DNA of 64,000 nt from a bacterium (lineage in GTDB: Bacteria > SAR324 > NAC60-12). Both the position numbers and the translations under genes were made by a program. The notes under the pieces were generated by a model. It searched no databases and was not told the origin of the DNA. It worked only from the letters and a program-made list of their open reading frames with translations. Location of the stretch: positions 736,001 to 800,000 of the forward strand of contig CBDBHR010000029.1 in NCBI GenBank assembly GCA_965205865.1, read 5' to 3'. Numbering within the stretch: position 1 is the first letter of the stretch; every line of letters starts with the position of its first letter. Positions 11,799 to 21,689 of the stretch are shown in pieces.

Positions 11799-12520
11799 AT
11801 GCCTGAAACCGATCAACGTGATGAAGAACAACTGAAAGAGATCCTTGATCAATCCTCGATGAGGAACCGCACGTTGTTTATCGCCTTTCTTTTCCTTCTG
11901 ATCTATATCATGTTTGTCGTGTGGAGCACCACGGACCGGCAATTATTTATTCCTGACAGCACAATCAATCTACCCCTGGTGAATATCTCCTCCTCCCTGT
12001 TCGGCTTCTATTTGATGATCCCCATTATTCTGTGGGCCGTGCATTTCAATTTATTGTTCAATCTCAAGCGTCATCAAATAAAGCTGACCCGTTGGCTCGA
12101 ATACAGTTCTGAGAAGGATGAGATACGGCTTTTGCCCTTTCTTTTCAATTATACCCACATACTTGGCAGCAGTCCGGATTCCCGGTTACTGCGGTTTATC
12201 CTATCGATCCTGATCTATGTGTTGCCTCCAGGGATCTTACTTTGGATTCAAATTCGCTTTTCAGCATATCAAAGCATAGAGATGAGCGGGTTTCATTTTG
12301 TGGTGTTCTGTTTGGATATTGTGATTTTGACTCTTTATTGGGATCAAATTTTTCCTCAAAATCAAAAGAATGAGAATGTAGTCGACCAAATCAGAATACA
12401 GTGGACAAACGATTTCATGAGTTTTCTGATCATTTTGATTGTTTGCGGAAGCGCCTTTAATTTCTGGGGTACCTGTACAATCATTTTTTCTCCACAGTCT
12501 CTGGAGGCATTTTATAAAAA
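11799..12520 (+). pseudogene. Membrane N-terminal part of a pentapeptide-repeat protein, interrupted by IS1380
   Basis: Several hydrophobic segments, STTDRQLF; rejoins in frame with 14278 (AFYKN-LPILPAKVVE). Confidence 0.85.
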
Positions 12521-14272
12521 CCTAAGTTGAGCGATTCGTAATAAAAAAAGCTCCCAACCTTGGGAAAAATGTGTTATATTTCAGTGGTTAAAATAAAAAA
12601 ATTCACAAAATCTAACACAACCCAACAGGTAGAGAGCTTTATGGGAAAAAATATAACAGTTCAGGATAAAAAGAAACAGATAATTGATGCCATTCAGCCA
12701 ACCGATGAACACTTGACAAGTCGTGCCGGATTGGCCTTGTTTGCCCAGTATCTGCAAAGCATTCGGCTGATGCCGATCATCGAAAGGTTGTTTGGTTCGA
12801 TGCGTAAAAATAAAAAAGGAATTGCTGTCTCTGATTTTTTTGTGCAGATCCTCTGTTTTTTCATGGACGGCAGCAGCCGTCATCTCAGTTGGTTCGATCA
12901 CCTCAAAAGGGGCGAGGGTTATGCCGCCTTGCTGTCATGCAGTGAGCAAGACCTTGCCTCCTCGCATGCCGTGAAAAGATTTTTTGGAAAGTTCTCTTTT
13001 GTACGAGTCTACCTGTTTCGTCATCTGCTGCAGATACTGTTTATCTGGAGACTGAAGAAGACTTGTCCAACGGTGATTGTGTTGGGTCTGGATTCGATGG
13101 TACTTGATAATGATGATGCCCTGAAACGCCATGGTGTCCAGCCGACTTACAAGATGGTCAAAGGATTTCATCCCCTGCAGATGAATTGGGGTCGTTATAT
13201 GGTTGACGCAGTTTTTCGCGGAGGTAGCAAACATTCGAATCACGGGAAAACTGTTCAGAATATGCTGGTTCATATCGTGAAAAGGATTCGCCGCCAATAC
13301 CGAGATGATGTACCAATCATGGTGCGCATGGACACCGGTTTTTTTGACGAAAAAATCTTTGAAACCTGTGAACGACTGAACATCGGTTAGCTGAAGCGGA
13401 GGAAAGTCCTATGCCAATGTGAGGAATGCTGCGGAAGAAGCCACTGACTGGCAGACCTTCACTTCATCGGGCAAGAAGGAGATCTGGCAGTACACCGAGT
13501 TTAAGAGCCAGCAGGGGACATGGAAGAAGGCTCGTCGCACGATCTACAGCCGCTTGATTGAACACGATAGCCAACTCTCTTTGCCGGGTTTGGATCATGA
13601 TGGCGTGATCATTACGAACCTTGGTATGGGAGAGGCCATTGATGGCCAACTCAGCCAAGCCGCTGAAGAAAAGCGCATCGATGCTCATAGCATCCTTGGC
13701 TCGTACCACGGACGGGGAAAGGATGAACTGGCCAACCGGGCGCTGAAAAACTTTGGTCATCAACAACTTCCCTTCAAGGACTTCATTTCCAATACCGCAT
13801 GGTACTATCTGATGCTGCTTGGCAATAACCTCTTCGAATCCTTCAAAGAAGATGTCAGCAAGCCAGTGATTGCGGTAACGATGTATGCTGATACCTTCCG
13901 GCGCCAGTTTCTTGATACGGCAGGCAAACTGCTTCGTCATGCCGGAAAACTGATCTTGAAAATACCAAAAAAGACCTTTGAGCGCTTGCAATTGGACCAA
14001 CTATTTGCCACCTGCCAGCACGCATTGGCGCCAATCTGATCAACGGGTTTCGCTTCAATTAAAAAACAAAAACATTAAAGTTTAAGGGGATAAGTGCGTC
14101 CAAAACATGAGAAATGAAGACCTTCCACATCTGAAAACAGCATTTTGATGCTCATTCTCACTCAAACATCCATGGATTTGATGATCAAAATCTGATTTCA
14201 GAATGATTGCCTTTCTCAGGCAAAAAAATCATCTTGAAAATCTGATCCTTTTTTAGAATCGCTCAATTTGGG
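12521..14272 (+). mobile_element. IS1380-family element; transposase broken at ~13390
   Basis: TIRs CCTAAGTTGAGCGATTC / GAATCGCTCAATTTGGG, AAAAA duplication, VRMDTGF, YHGRGKDE. Confidence 0.9.
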
Positions 14273-15265
14273 AAAAATTTACCGATTCTTCCAGCAAAGG
14301 TGGTAGAGACTATTTTGAAACCCCACCTTGAATTGCAGGAGGAAGAATTCGTCAAAAAACTACCTAAGAATTGGAGCAATTGCGAGGGAGATATCGACTC
14401 CGTAAAAGGGTACTATCTTCAAAAGAGATCCTTGAATTATGCTAATTTTACCGTTACTGATTTAGCTCAAGTAAACTTCAGAGATTCCAGTTTACAAGGG
14501 GCAATATTTGAGAGAGCTTGCTTACGAAAGGCCAATTTAGCGTTTACAGAATTGCAAGGGGCCAATTTATGGTCGGCGAGATTGCAAGAAGTTCACTTAG
14601 CGAAAGCACAAATGCAAGGGGCCGACTTAATGCACGCAGACTTGCAAGGAGCTTACTTATCGGAGGCACAATTGCAAGGGGCCGACTTAATGCACGCAGA
14701 CTTGCAAGGAGCCGACTTATCGAAGGCACAATTGCAAGGGGCCGACTTAATGCACGCAGACTTGCAAGGAGCTTACTTATCGGAGGCACAATTGCAAGGG
14801 GCCGACTTAATGCACGCAGACTTGCAAGGAACCGACTTATCGAAGGCACAATTGCAAGGGGCTTACTTATTGGAGGCCCAGTTTCAAGGAGCTTACTTAT
14901 CGGAGGCACAATTGCAAGGAGCCATTCTAATCAATGTCTACTTAAAAGGGACTGAATTCGAAGATGTTGAAGGGCTCGATAAACTCGTAGTTAAAAACAT
15001 TGATTGGGAAACTGGTGTCGATGAAGAAGCTCTAAGAGAGCTTTATGATGGCGAAGCTTACCAAGATAGAATCTCAGATGCTATTGAGAGAATAAATAGT
15101 GGAAAACCATATCCTCTTGCATGCAATTCCGAAGGTGCCCTCGAAGTTCGGAAAGAATTGGTATTCAGTGGAGATCAATTTATTACTGAGGGTATCTTGA
15201 GACAAGAGTTTGAACGAGATGCATTGAAAGATAGTCTCCCTCTCAAGTGTTGGGAGGGGCAATAA
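14273..15265 (+). pseudogene. Pentapeptide-repeat C-terminal part; 3' end truncated by the IS1-like element
   Basis: A(D/Y)Lxx-A(Q/D)LQG repeats; final DSLPLKCWEGQ is read from the IS1 IR. Confidence 0.88.
14605..14920 (+). repeat. Near-perfect 60-bp tandem repeats encoding pentapeptide units
   Basis: TGCAAGGGGCCGACTTAATGCACGCAGACTTGCAAGGA recurs four times at 60-bp spacing. Confidence 0.9.
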
Positions 15266-16560
15266 CGGTTAAAAGTTATTTGACAGTCCAGATATGATTT
15301 GTTAAGCCAGCAGCCATTGCGAGTGTGCGAGGTTGCCATCGCCGTCTTGGATCGTCGAGCACTTTGAGTCGTAAGGTTTTCAGAGAACGCCCCAGGTTAT
15401 AATAGAGGTCTTCCCAAGCAGCGGAAGCCTGGTACATGCGCAGGTCTTTGGAGAAAGCGAGTGTTTTTCTGGCTAAGCGGCTATTAAAATGCCGCATCGT
15501 CAGATGAGTTCGTTCCACATAGGAGGTGCTTTTTCCTAACGTTTGTAAAACAACTTTCTCCTCCCCAAAGACCACTTTAAATCGAGTTCCAATCACCTGT
15601 CCATTTTCACGCTGTTTGATCACTTGCAAATATTGCCAACCCGCTTGCGGTTGTTTGAGCGTGGGAGGACGCCCGATGCCTGCATATTCGGGCACTTTAC
15701 CATAAACGGCCACCATGGCTTCATCAATTCCACCCCATCCGTCAGAAACGGTGGGCGGTGGCGCATCCGGATGGCCTCGTCGTTGAAGCCTTTCAAAGAC
15801 TTCGACGCTGGCATGGGTTTCGGTTTTGCCAATCCCACGAGCCACGCGCAAGCGGGTATCGATCTCAATCATCGTCGATCGCCAGAAGGTTCCGCTTTTT
15901 TCGGTCTCCTGATAATTTTTTTTTCGCCTTTATTCTTGACATAGGACCAGAGGCCATCGAGCTGGCCTCGTTGAATTGAATACTCTTTTAACAAAACCTC
16001 TTCAATCGACTCGGTATGCTCACCGGCAGCTTGAATCCAATCTTGGATGGTATCTACTTTATACCCTTTGCTGCGGGAGAGACTACTAATCCGGTCGCCT
16101 TCGGCCACTTGGGCTAGCGTGTCGATGATGGCTTCTCTGGCGGTGCGACGACGATAGAAGATCGTTCCCTTGGTTTCGGTAAAGGTTTTTCCGCAACTGG
16201 TGCATTGATATACTCTAAACGGGTTTAAATTTCACTTTTCAAAAGAACTGTCATTCCGAGCTAAGGGGGCTGCCTAAGCAAGAATCTCATGGGAATCAAG
16301 AAGATCCTTTGGTTCCCTCAGGATGACAAAAAATGAAGAAATCATCCGTTCACAGTATATCTCTGGCAACCGGCTTTGGTTTTACCAAATTTCGTGATAT
16401 TGGTGCTCTCCTGATCTTTCTGCAGTTTGCCATAATCAGCACACTGCTCGTTAGGACAAAAATCTCCGGGGTTCGCGAATGCTGGCATCTCTTTTCTCCT
16501 CAATAGGTTGAAGAGAAAGAATAAATCATTATCTCTCAACACTCAAGAGGGAGACTATCT
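15229..16560 (-). mobile_element. IS1-family element (InsA-like 15869-16488 split by a MITE; InsB-like 15276-~15900)
   Basis: 28-bp IRs AGATAGTCTCCCTCTCAAGTGTTGGGAG vs ...CTTGAGTGTTGAGAG; CPNEQC..CQRYQC zinc ribbon, QLDGLWSYV, SDGW, TSYVER; A9 slippery run. Confidence 0.85.
16211..16357. mobile_element. 147-bp MITE with TA duplication, copy B
   Basis: Removing it restores CQRYQCTSCGKTF in the IS1 ORF. Confidence 0.88.
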
Positions 16561-16800
16561 ACTCCTGAAATACGAGGAAAGTGTGATATTGAAAAATCAC
16601 GTGCGAAACAAGTCAGAGACTTCGTCATTGATTTACATTCACAAGCAACAAAGATCGATTTAAAAGACTGCGAACATGGTAAATATTTTCGCTTGGTCTG
16701 TGATGTTTTTCTTGATGGAGAAAATTTATCTGAAATTCTAATCGAACGAGGTTATGCCAGAAAGTATGATGGTGGCAAACGAGAATCCTGGTGTAACTGA
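16561..16800 (+). pseudogene. Thermonuclease (SNase-like) C-terminal fragment, absent from the ORF track
   Basis: TPEIRGKC..GKYFRLVCDVFLDGENLSEILIERGYARKYDGGKRESWCN*. Confidence 0.8.
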
Positions 16801-16885
16801 ATAATGACTTGCCATGCGCTGATGATTAATGGGTACGTCGCATTCCCATCCTCCAATTGGCGCATGGCTACTCTAGCGAGAAATC

Positions 16886-17725
16886 TTGAATGGAAAAAAC
16901 GAACGAATCATTTTTTGCAAACTTGCAAGCCTGACCCCATTTCTGCTGAACATTGTCACTCGGTCCAGGGATGAGTTGGTCATTTCCATCGATGGGCAGT
17001 GGGGTGAAGGGAAAACGACCTTCGTCAAGATGTGGCGGGGATTGTTGGGCGAGCACAATATTCCCAGCATTTACATTGATGCCTTCGCCAACAACTATTC
17101 CGATGACGCGTTCATTGTGATAGCCAGTGCAATCACGGAGTTTGTCGAAAAAAACATCAGCAAAGACAATTGCGAGAAAGTTGCCGAGTTGAAGGAAAAA
17201 ACCAAGCGCGTTGGCATCCAGTTGCTCTCCTGGTCAGCGAGAGTGGGTATCAAGGCCGTAACGCTGGGAATCATCAAGGATACCGACTTAAAGGCACTCG
17301 GTGCCATGAAAGACGAGATTGCGAAAGACGTATCCGGATGGGTCGGGGAACTTATCGAGGAACGTCTCGATGCCCATTCAATAGAGATGGATCTCTTTGA
17401 ATCTTTTCGAGATCTCCTCTCTTCCATTCCTGCAAAACTGGAGGGCTCGGAAGGCAATCCTCTTGTGGTCATCCTGGATGAGTTGGACCGTTGCAAGCCA
17501 ACGTTCGCAGTCGATGCCGTCGAAAAAATCAAGCATTTGTTTTCGGTACAAAACGTCGTCTTCGTGCTTGTGATGAATAGAGTACAGTTGGAGCAGTCCG
17601 TCAAGATTGTCTATGGCCAGGAATTGGATGCCCTTACCTATTTGCAGAAATTCATCAACCTCAAGACAAGAATACCAAAAAGATTGAGTGGCCAGTATTT
17701 AAGTGATGCAAGCAAATACATTTAA
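16886..17725 (+). pseudogene. KAP-family P-loop NTPase, main part; N-terminus apparently replaced, C-terminus at ~18783-19262
   Basis: IDGQWGEGKT, VILDELDRCKP, YLQKFI. Confidence 0.88.
16918..16942. repeat. Solo end of the RAYT-like element
   Basis: CAAACTTGCAAGCCTGACCCC (20/21 match to the TIR) followed by ATTT. Confidence 0.8.
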
Positions 17726-17860
17726 AATCAGTTGGGATAATCTCGCATTCGCTTGGGCTAATCGATTTCTTGCTTCATTGTATTCATCTAACATTTCCCG
17801 AGTCTCTCTAGTCATTTCAATGCTCATCCCCCCTTTGTTCTTATCTCTAATTTTTTGCTA

Positions 17861-17889
17861 ATGGTAACCATTTTTTTCGTAAGTGTCAA
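17861..17889 (-). promoter_or_regulatory. Sigma70-type promoter TTGACA-17-TACCAT
   Basis: Consensus -35 with 17-nt spacer, upstream of a short ORF at 17699-17827. Confidence 0.55.
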
Positions 17890-18018
17890 GCTTTTTCTGC
17901 AAAAAAGTATCCGTAAAATTCAATTTGAAAAAACAGTTGACTTTTGCGTCCAATGGTATAATTTAAGTACTATAAACAACTCAATCAATCTGATAATCCC
18001 ACAAAAAGAAAAAATAAT

Positions 18019-18582
18019 ATGACCAATTCCAATCAACCACGATGTCTTTTTATAACATTTACAGCCGGAATAAATGGAGGAACCGTACATAATTTGATTC
18101 AACAATTACAACAGTTCGACTTAAAAAGAACACCTGAAATTTATTTAGCCATTTCAACAGAAGGAGGCAATATCATATACGGAATGTTACTTTATAATTT
18201 CCTACGTACCTTTGCCGACAAATTAGTCACTCACAATATAGGTAATGTAGATTCTATAGGGAACGCCATATTTCTAGCCGCAAATAAAGAAAAAAGATTT
18301 GCTTATTCCCATGCAAAATTCATGTTTCATGGCGTTACAATCCCGTGGCAAGGAAATATGTCCGAAGCCGATTTAAACTATTCTTTACAAACAGTCAAAA
18401 CCCAACAAGATCGAATCACAAATATTATCACTCAATCTACTACTATCACCAAAAATGAAGCCGATGAATTATTCAAATATCAACAATATAAAACCGCACA
18501 AGAAGCTTTAAAAAAAGGGATTATATATGATATCAAAGAAGCCATCCCCCTTCATGATGATCAACTGGTATTGATAACATAA
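18019..18582 (+). CDS. ClpP-like (S14) serine protease
   Basis: ISTEGG, NVDSIGNAIFLA (Ser), FMFHG (His), AQEALKKGII; extended -10 TGGTATAAT at 17954. Confidence 0.85.
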   Translation: MTNSNQPRCLFITFTAGINGGTVHNLIQQLQQFDLKRTPEIYLAISTEGGNIIYGMLLYNFLRTFADKLVTHNIGNVDSIGNAIFLAANKEKRFAYSHAKFMFHGVTIPWQGNMSEADLNYSLQTVKTQQDRITNIITQSTTITKNEADELFKYQQYKTAQEALKKGIIYDIKEAIPLHDDQLVLIT

Positions 18583-18734
18583 CCTGCATCCGGGTTGCCA
18601 CCAATTCCCATCGACATATCCGGGTTGCCACCAATTCCCATCGACATATCCGGGTTGCCACCAATAGACTCCGGTTGATGCTTACCCCAAATAATTTCTG
18701 GTTGATTTATATTACCTGAATTTACTACACCCAT
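18561..18734 (-). CDS. 57-aa peptide with IGGNPDMSMG repeats, absent from the ORF track
   Basis: MGVVNSGNINQPEIIWGKHQPESIGGNPDMSMGIGGNPDMSMGIGGNPDAGYVINTS*; AAGGAG 6 nt upstream of ATG. Confidence 0.6.
   Translation of the reverse strand: MGVVNSGNINQPEIIWGKHQPESIGGNPDMSMGIGGNPDMSMGIGGNPDAGYVINTS
18588..18665. repeat. 30-bp tandem repeat, 2.6 copies
   Basis: ATCCGGGTTGCCACCAATTCCCATCGACAT x2 + ATCCGGGTTGCCACCAAT. Confidence 0.95.
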
Positions 18735-18782
18735 CTTCTGCTCCTTCTCTTACTGGTTACTATTCTATATAATTCCCTTTAA

Positions 18783-19262
18783 AAACTCATTTTAATGCAT
18801 GAGTTCGAGATCCAAGGCAATATAAATTCAATTTCCAAGAACATTGGGCTTCTAGCGGTCCATTTGAATCTGAGTTTACGTCAGTTGGAAAAAATATTCG
18901 CGACTTTGGCAGTGTTCTACGTTTCTGTTCCAGAAAACCACTTACAGCAATACTCTGGGGCCGAGTCGATCATTGTCTTTCTGGCAGTCATTAAGGTCGT
19001 CGACCCTCTCTTGTTTGAAAAATGCCTAACAAGTCACGTATCATATGAAGAAGTAAGTGAACGGTTTCGATTCACTTCTCCTAAGTCCAATTGGGAACAG
19101 CGGCAGGAAATTGATATTCTAATAGACTTTGTCAATTACGCTTTTTTGTCGGAACAGCAGTTTAATGCTCTCCCACAAAATCATGAACTGAGGGTATTTG
19201 GCGAACCTTTTAGACACCTTCCAACCCTCTGCCAGTGGCTAGGCTATTTTGTTATCGAGTGA
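18783..19262 (+). pseudogene. KAP NTPase C-terminal part
   Basis: LNLSLRQLEK helix motif; frame matches the 5' part when the cassette is removed. Confidence 0.75.
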
Positions 19263-19346
19263 GAAATAAGCATAACCAAACTTATTGACCGTGACGCGGT
19301 AAACTAAGTACGTCAGAAAAGGCGTTAAATTTGCAAACCAACCCCT

Positions 19347-21476
19347 ATGCCAAGCCCATTAAATCAGCACGGAGAAATGATGACACAATCGGATATTATC
19401 CAAACGATACTAAAAGACAGTAACTATCATCTTTCGCTGTTTGAAGGTGAAATTGAATCTTTACGTGACAAAGTTTTTTTCAAAACCATCAGAGGCAAAG
19501 AAACCCCATGCGTAACCTGTATCGTTCGGAATAAGGATATCCAGTTAAAGCCGGAAGAAATCGTGCGCCAGCTTTATGCGGAACGACTTATCAGAAATTA
19601 TCGCTATCCCAAAAAACGTTTGGCTTTTGAATATCCTGTCAATTTCGGCAGGGAAAAGAAAAGCGCCGATATCGTTATCTTGGACAAAGACCGTCCCGAT
19701 ACTTCGTACATAATTGTTGAGCTGAAAAAGCCGAAGCTCAGAGACGGGAAAAATCAACTTCGTTCCTATTGTAACGCCACCGGAGCCCCTATCGGGGTGT
19801 GGACGAATGGTGAGCAAATTTCCTATTACCATCGCAAAGACCCGAACTATTTTGAAGATGTCACCGATATTCCAAATGCAGAACAAAGTCTCCAGGATAT
19901 TCTGAGCGAACGATTTACCCTGAGAGACCTGATAATCAAGGACAAGATCGCGAATGAACGGAAATCCTTGAAAGACATTATTCTGGAGATGGAGGATGAA
20001 GTGTTGGCAAATGCCGGGGTTGACGTATTTGAAGAGGTTTTCAAGCTCATATTCACCAAACTCTATGACGAGTATCAGAGCCAGCAGGACAAAGGGATTC
20101 TCAACTACCTTCTGCAGCAGGTCATCAAAACCGCCGTCCATGAACCAACGTCCGAATATACCAATGCCCCCAGCTATCTTGGCGGCCAGGATTATGAAGC
20201 GCTCAAGGAAGCGGTCAGGGGGGTTAACGACGAAGGGTTTCGAGTTATGGAGTTCAGAAATACTGGTCAAACCGACACTGAACTGAAAAATAAAATTCAG
20301 GACCTGTTCAACCGGGCTAAAGATAAATGGGAAGGAGTGTTCCCGGAAAGTTCAACCTTTGAGCTATCCGACAGCCATCTTTCCGTCTGCGTTTCCAGCT
20401 TGCAAGACGTCAAGCTGTTCAACTCGAATCTGCTGGTGGTGGACGAAGCCTTTGAATACCTGGTCAATAAGTCCGCCAAAGGCGAAAAAGGGCAGTATTT
20501 CACGCCTCGTCATGTAATCGATATGTGCGTGCAAATGCTCAATCCCAAACGGGACGAGTATATGATCGACACCGCATCCGGCAGTTGCGGTTTTCCGGTA
20601 CATACCATTTTCAAGCTCAGCGGACGCCTTTTCACCAATGAAGAAATTTCCGAAGAAGACAAACAGCACGTGCTCAAGGTGTTCGGCATCGACTTCGACG
20701 AAAAAACGGTACGAGTGGCCAGAACCCTGAATCTGATTGCCGGGGACGGGGAAACCAACGTGTTGCACCTGAACACGCTTGATTTCAATCGCTGGAGCGA
20801 CAAAACGGAAAGAGACAGAAAATGGATCAACACCTACGGCAGGGGCTTTGAACGCCTGGAAAAGCTCAGACGTGACAAAGAAGAAAACAAGCAGTTCAAA
20901 TTCGATGTTCTGATGGCGAATCCACCATTTGCCGGAGACATCAAGGAAAGTCGCATCCTGCATCAGTACGAACTCGGTTTTAAAAACGGCAAGGCGCAAA
21001 ACAAGGTGGGACGGGATATTTTGTTCATCGAAAGAAACCTGGATTTTCTCAAGCCCGGAGGGCGCATGGCCATCGTCTTGCCGCAAGGTCGTTTCAACAA
21101 CACTTCGGATCAATACATCCGTGAATTTATCGCGGAGCGCGCCCGACTTCTCGCCGTGGTGGGATTACACGGCAACACCTTCAAACCACATACCGGTACC
21201 AAAACCAGTGTCTTGTTCGTGCAAAAATGGGATGAGGAGCTTTGTCCGAAAGTTGAGGATTATCCCGTCTTTTTTGCCGTGAGCGAAAAAGGTGGTAAGG
21301 ACAATTCAGGCGATTATGTCTATCTCAAAAATGAGAATGGACAGGACAAGCTGGATAAAAACGGTCACCTGATCGTTGACCACGACTTGCATAACCACGA
21401 CGGCGAACTGCCCGACGGTATCGCCGAAGCCTTTATCGATTGGGCAAAGAATGAACAATTGAGCTTTTGGAGATAG
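19347..21476 (+). CDS. Type I/IIG-like R-M protein: HsdR_N nuclease + N6-adenine methyltransferase
   Basis: KPEEIVRQ, ADIV..VELKK, GQYFTPR, DTASGSCGF, NPPF. Confidence 0.9.
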   Translation: MPSPLNQHGEMMTQSDIIQTILKDSNYHLSLFEGEIESLRDKVFFKTIRGKETPCVTCIVRNKDIQLKPEEIVRQLYAERLIRNYRYPKKRLAFEYPVNFGREKKSADIVILDKDRPDTSYIIVELKKPKLRDGKNQLRSYCNATGAPIGVWTNGEQISYYHRKDPNYFEDVTDIPNAEQSLQDILSERFTLRDLIIKDKIANERKSLKDIILEMEDEVLANAGVDVFEEVFKLIFTKLYDEYQSQQDKGILNYLLQQVIKTAVHEPTSEYTNAPSYLGGQDYEALKEAVRGVNDEGFRVMEFRNTGQTDTELKNKIQDLFNRAKDKWEGVFPESSTFELSDSHLSVCVSSLQDVKLFNSNLLVVDEAFEYLVNKSAKGEKGQYFTPRHVIDMCVQMLNPKRDEYMIDTASGSCGFPVHTIFKLSGRLFTNEEISEEDKQHVLKVFGIDFDEKTVRVARTLNLIAGDGETNVLHLNTLDFNRWSDKTERDRKWINTYGRGFERLEKLRRDKEENKQFKFDVLMANPPFAGDIKESRILHQYELGFKNGKAQNKVGRDILFIERNLDFLKPGGRMAIVLPQGRFNNTSDQYIREFIAERARLLAVVGLHGNTFKPHTGTKTSVLFVQKWDEELCPKVEDYPVFFAVSEKGGKDNSGDYVYLKNENGQDKLDKNGHLIVDHDLHNHDGELPDGIAEAFIDWAKNEQLSFWR

Positions 21477-21478
21477 AG

Positions 21479-21685
21479 ATGGCTAATCTGAGTACAAACG
21501 AAAAACAAGTGTTAGAAAATCTTTTTCAAATGGGAGGTGGTTATGTTCTCAATTTTTCAAATAGGACGATGTGGGAATTTTTCAAAAATGAACAAGTTGA
21601 TCAGAATTTTATCCCAGATGAACATACTGCGAGAATATGTTGGCAAGTATTAATGGCAGCGATTAGTCAATTGTCCAGCAGATAG
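21479..21685 (+). pseudogene. Internally deleted relic with an AbiJ-like N-terminal domain
   Basis: LENLFQMGGGYVLNFSNRT is typical of AbiJ N-terminal domains; only ~68 aa. Confidence 0.5.
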
Positions 21686-21689
21686 AAAT

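Noticed and set aside
14605-14920. Periodic repeats as CRISPR or DGR
   Set aside because: They are in-frame pentapeptide coding repeats, and there is no reverse transcriptase in the window.
18588-18665. 30-bp repeats as a mini CRISPR array
   Set aside because: The units are contiguous and identical, with no unique spacers and no cas genes.
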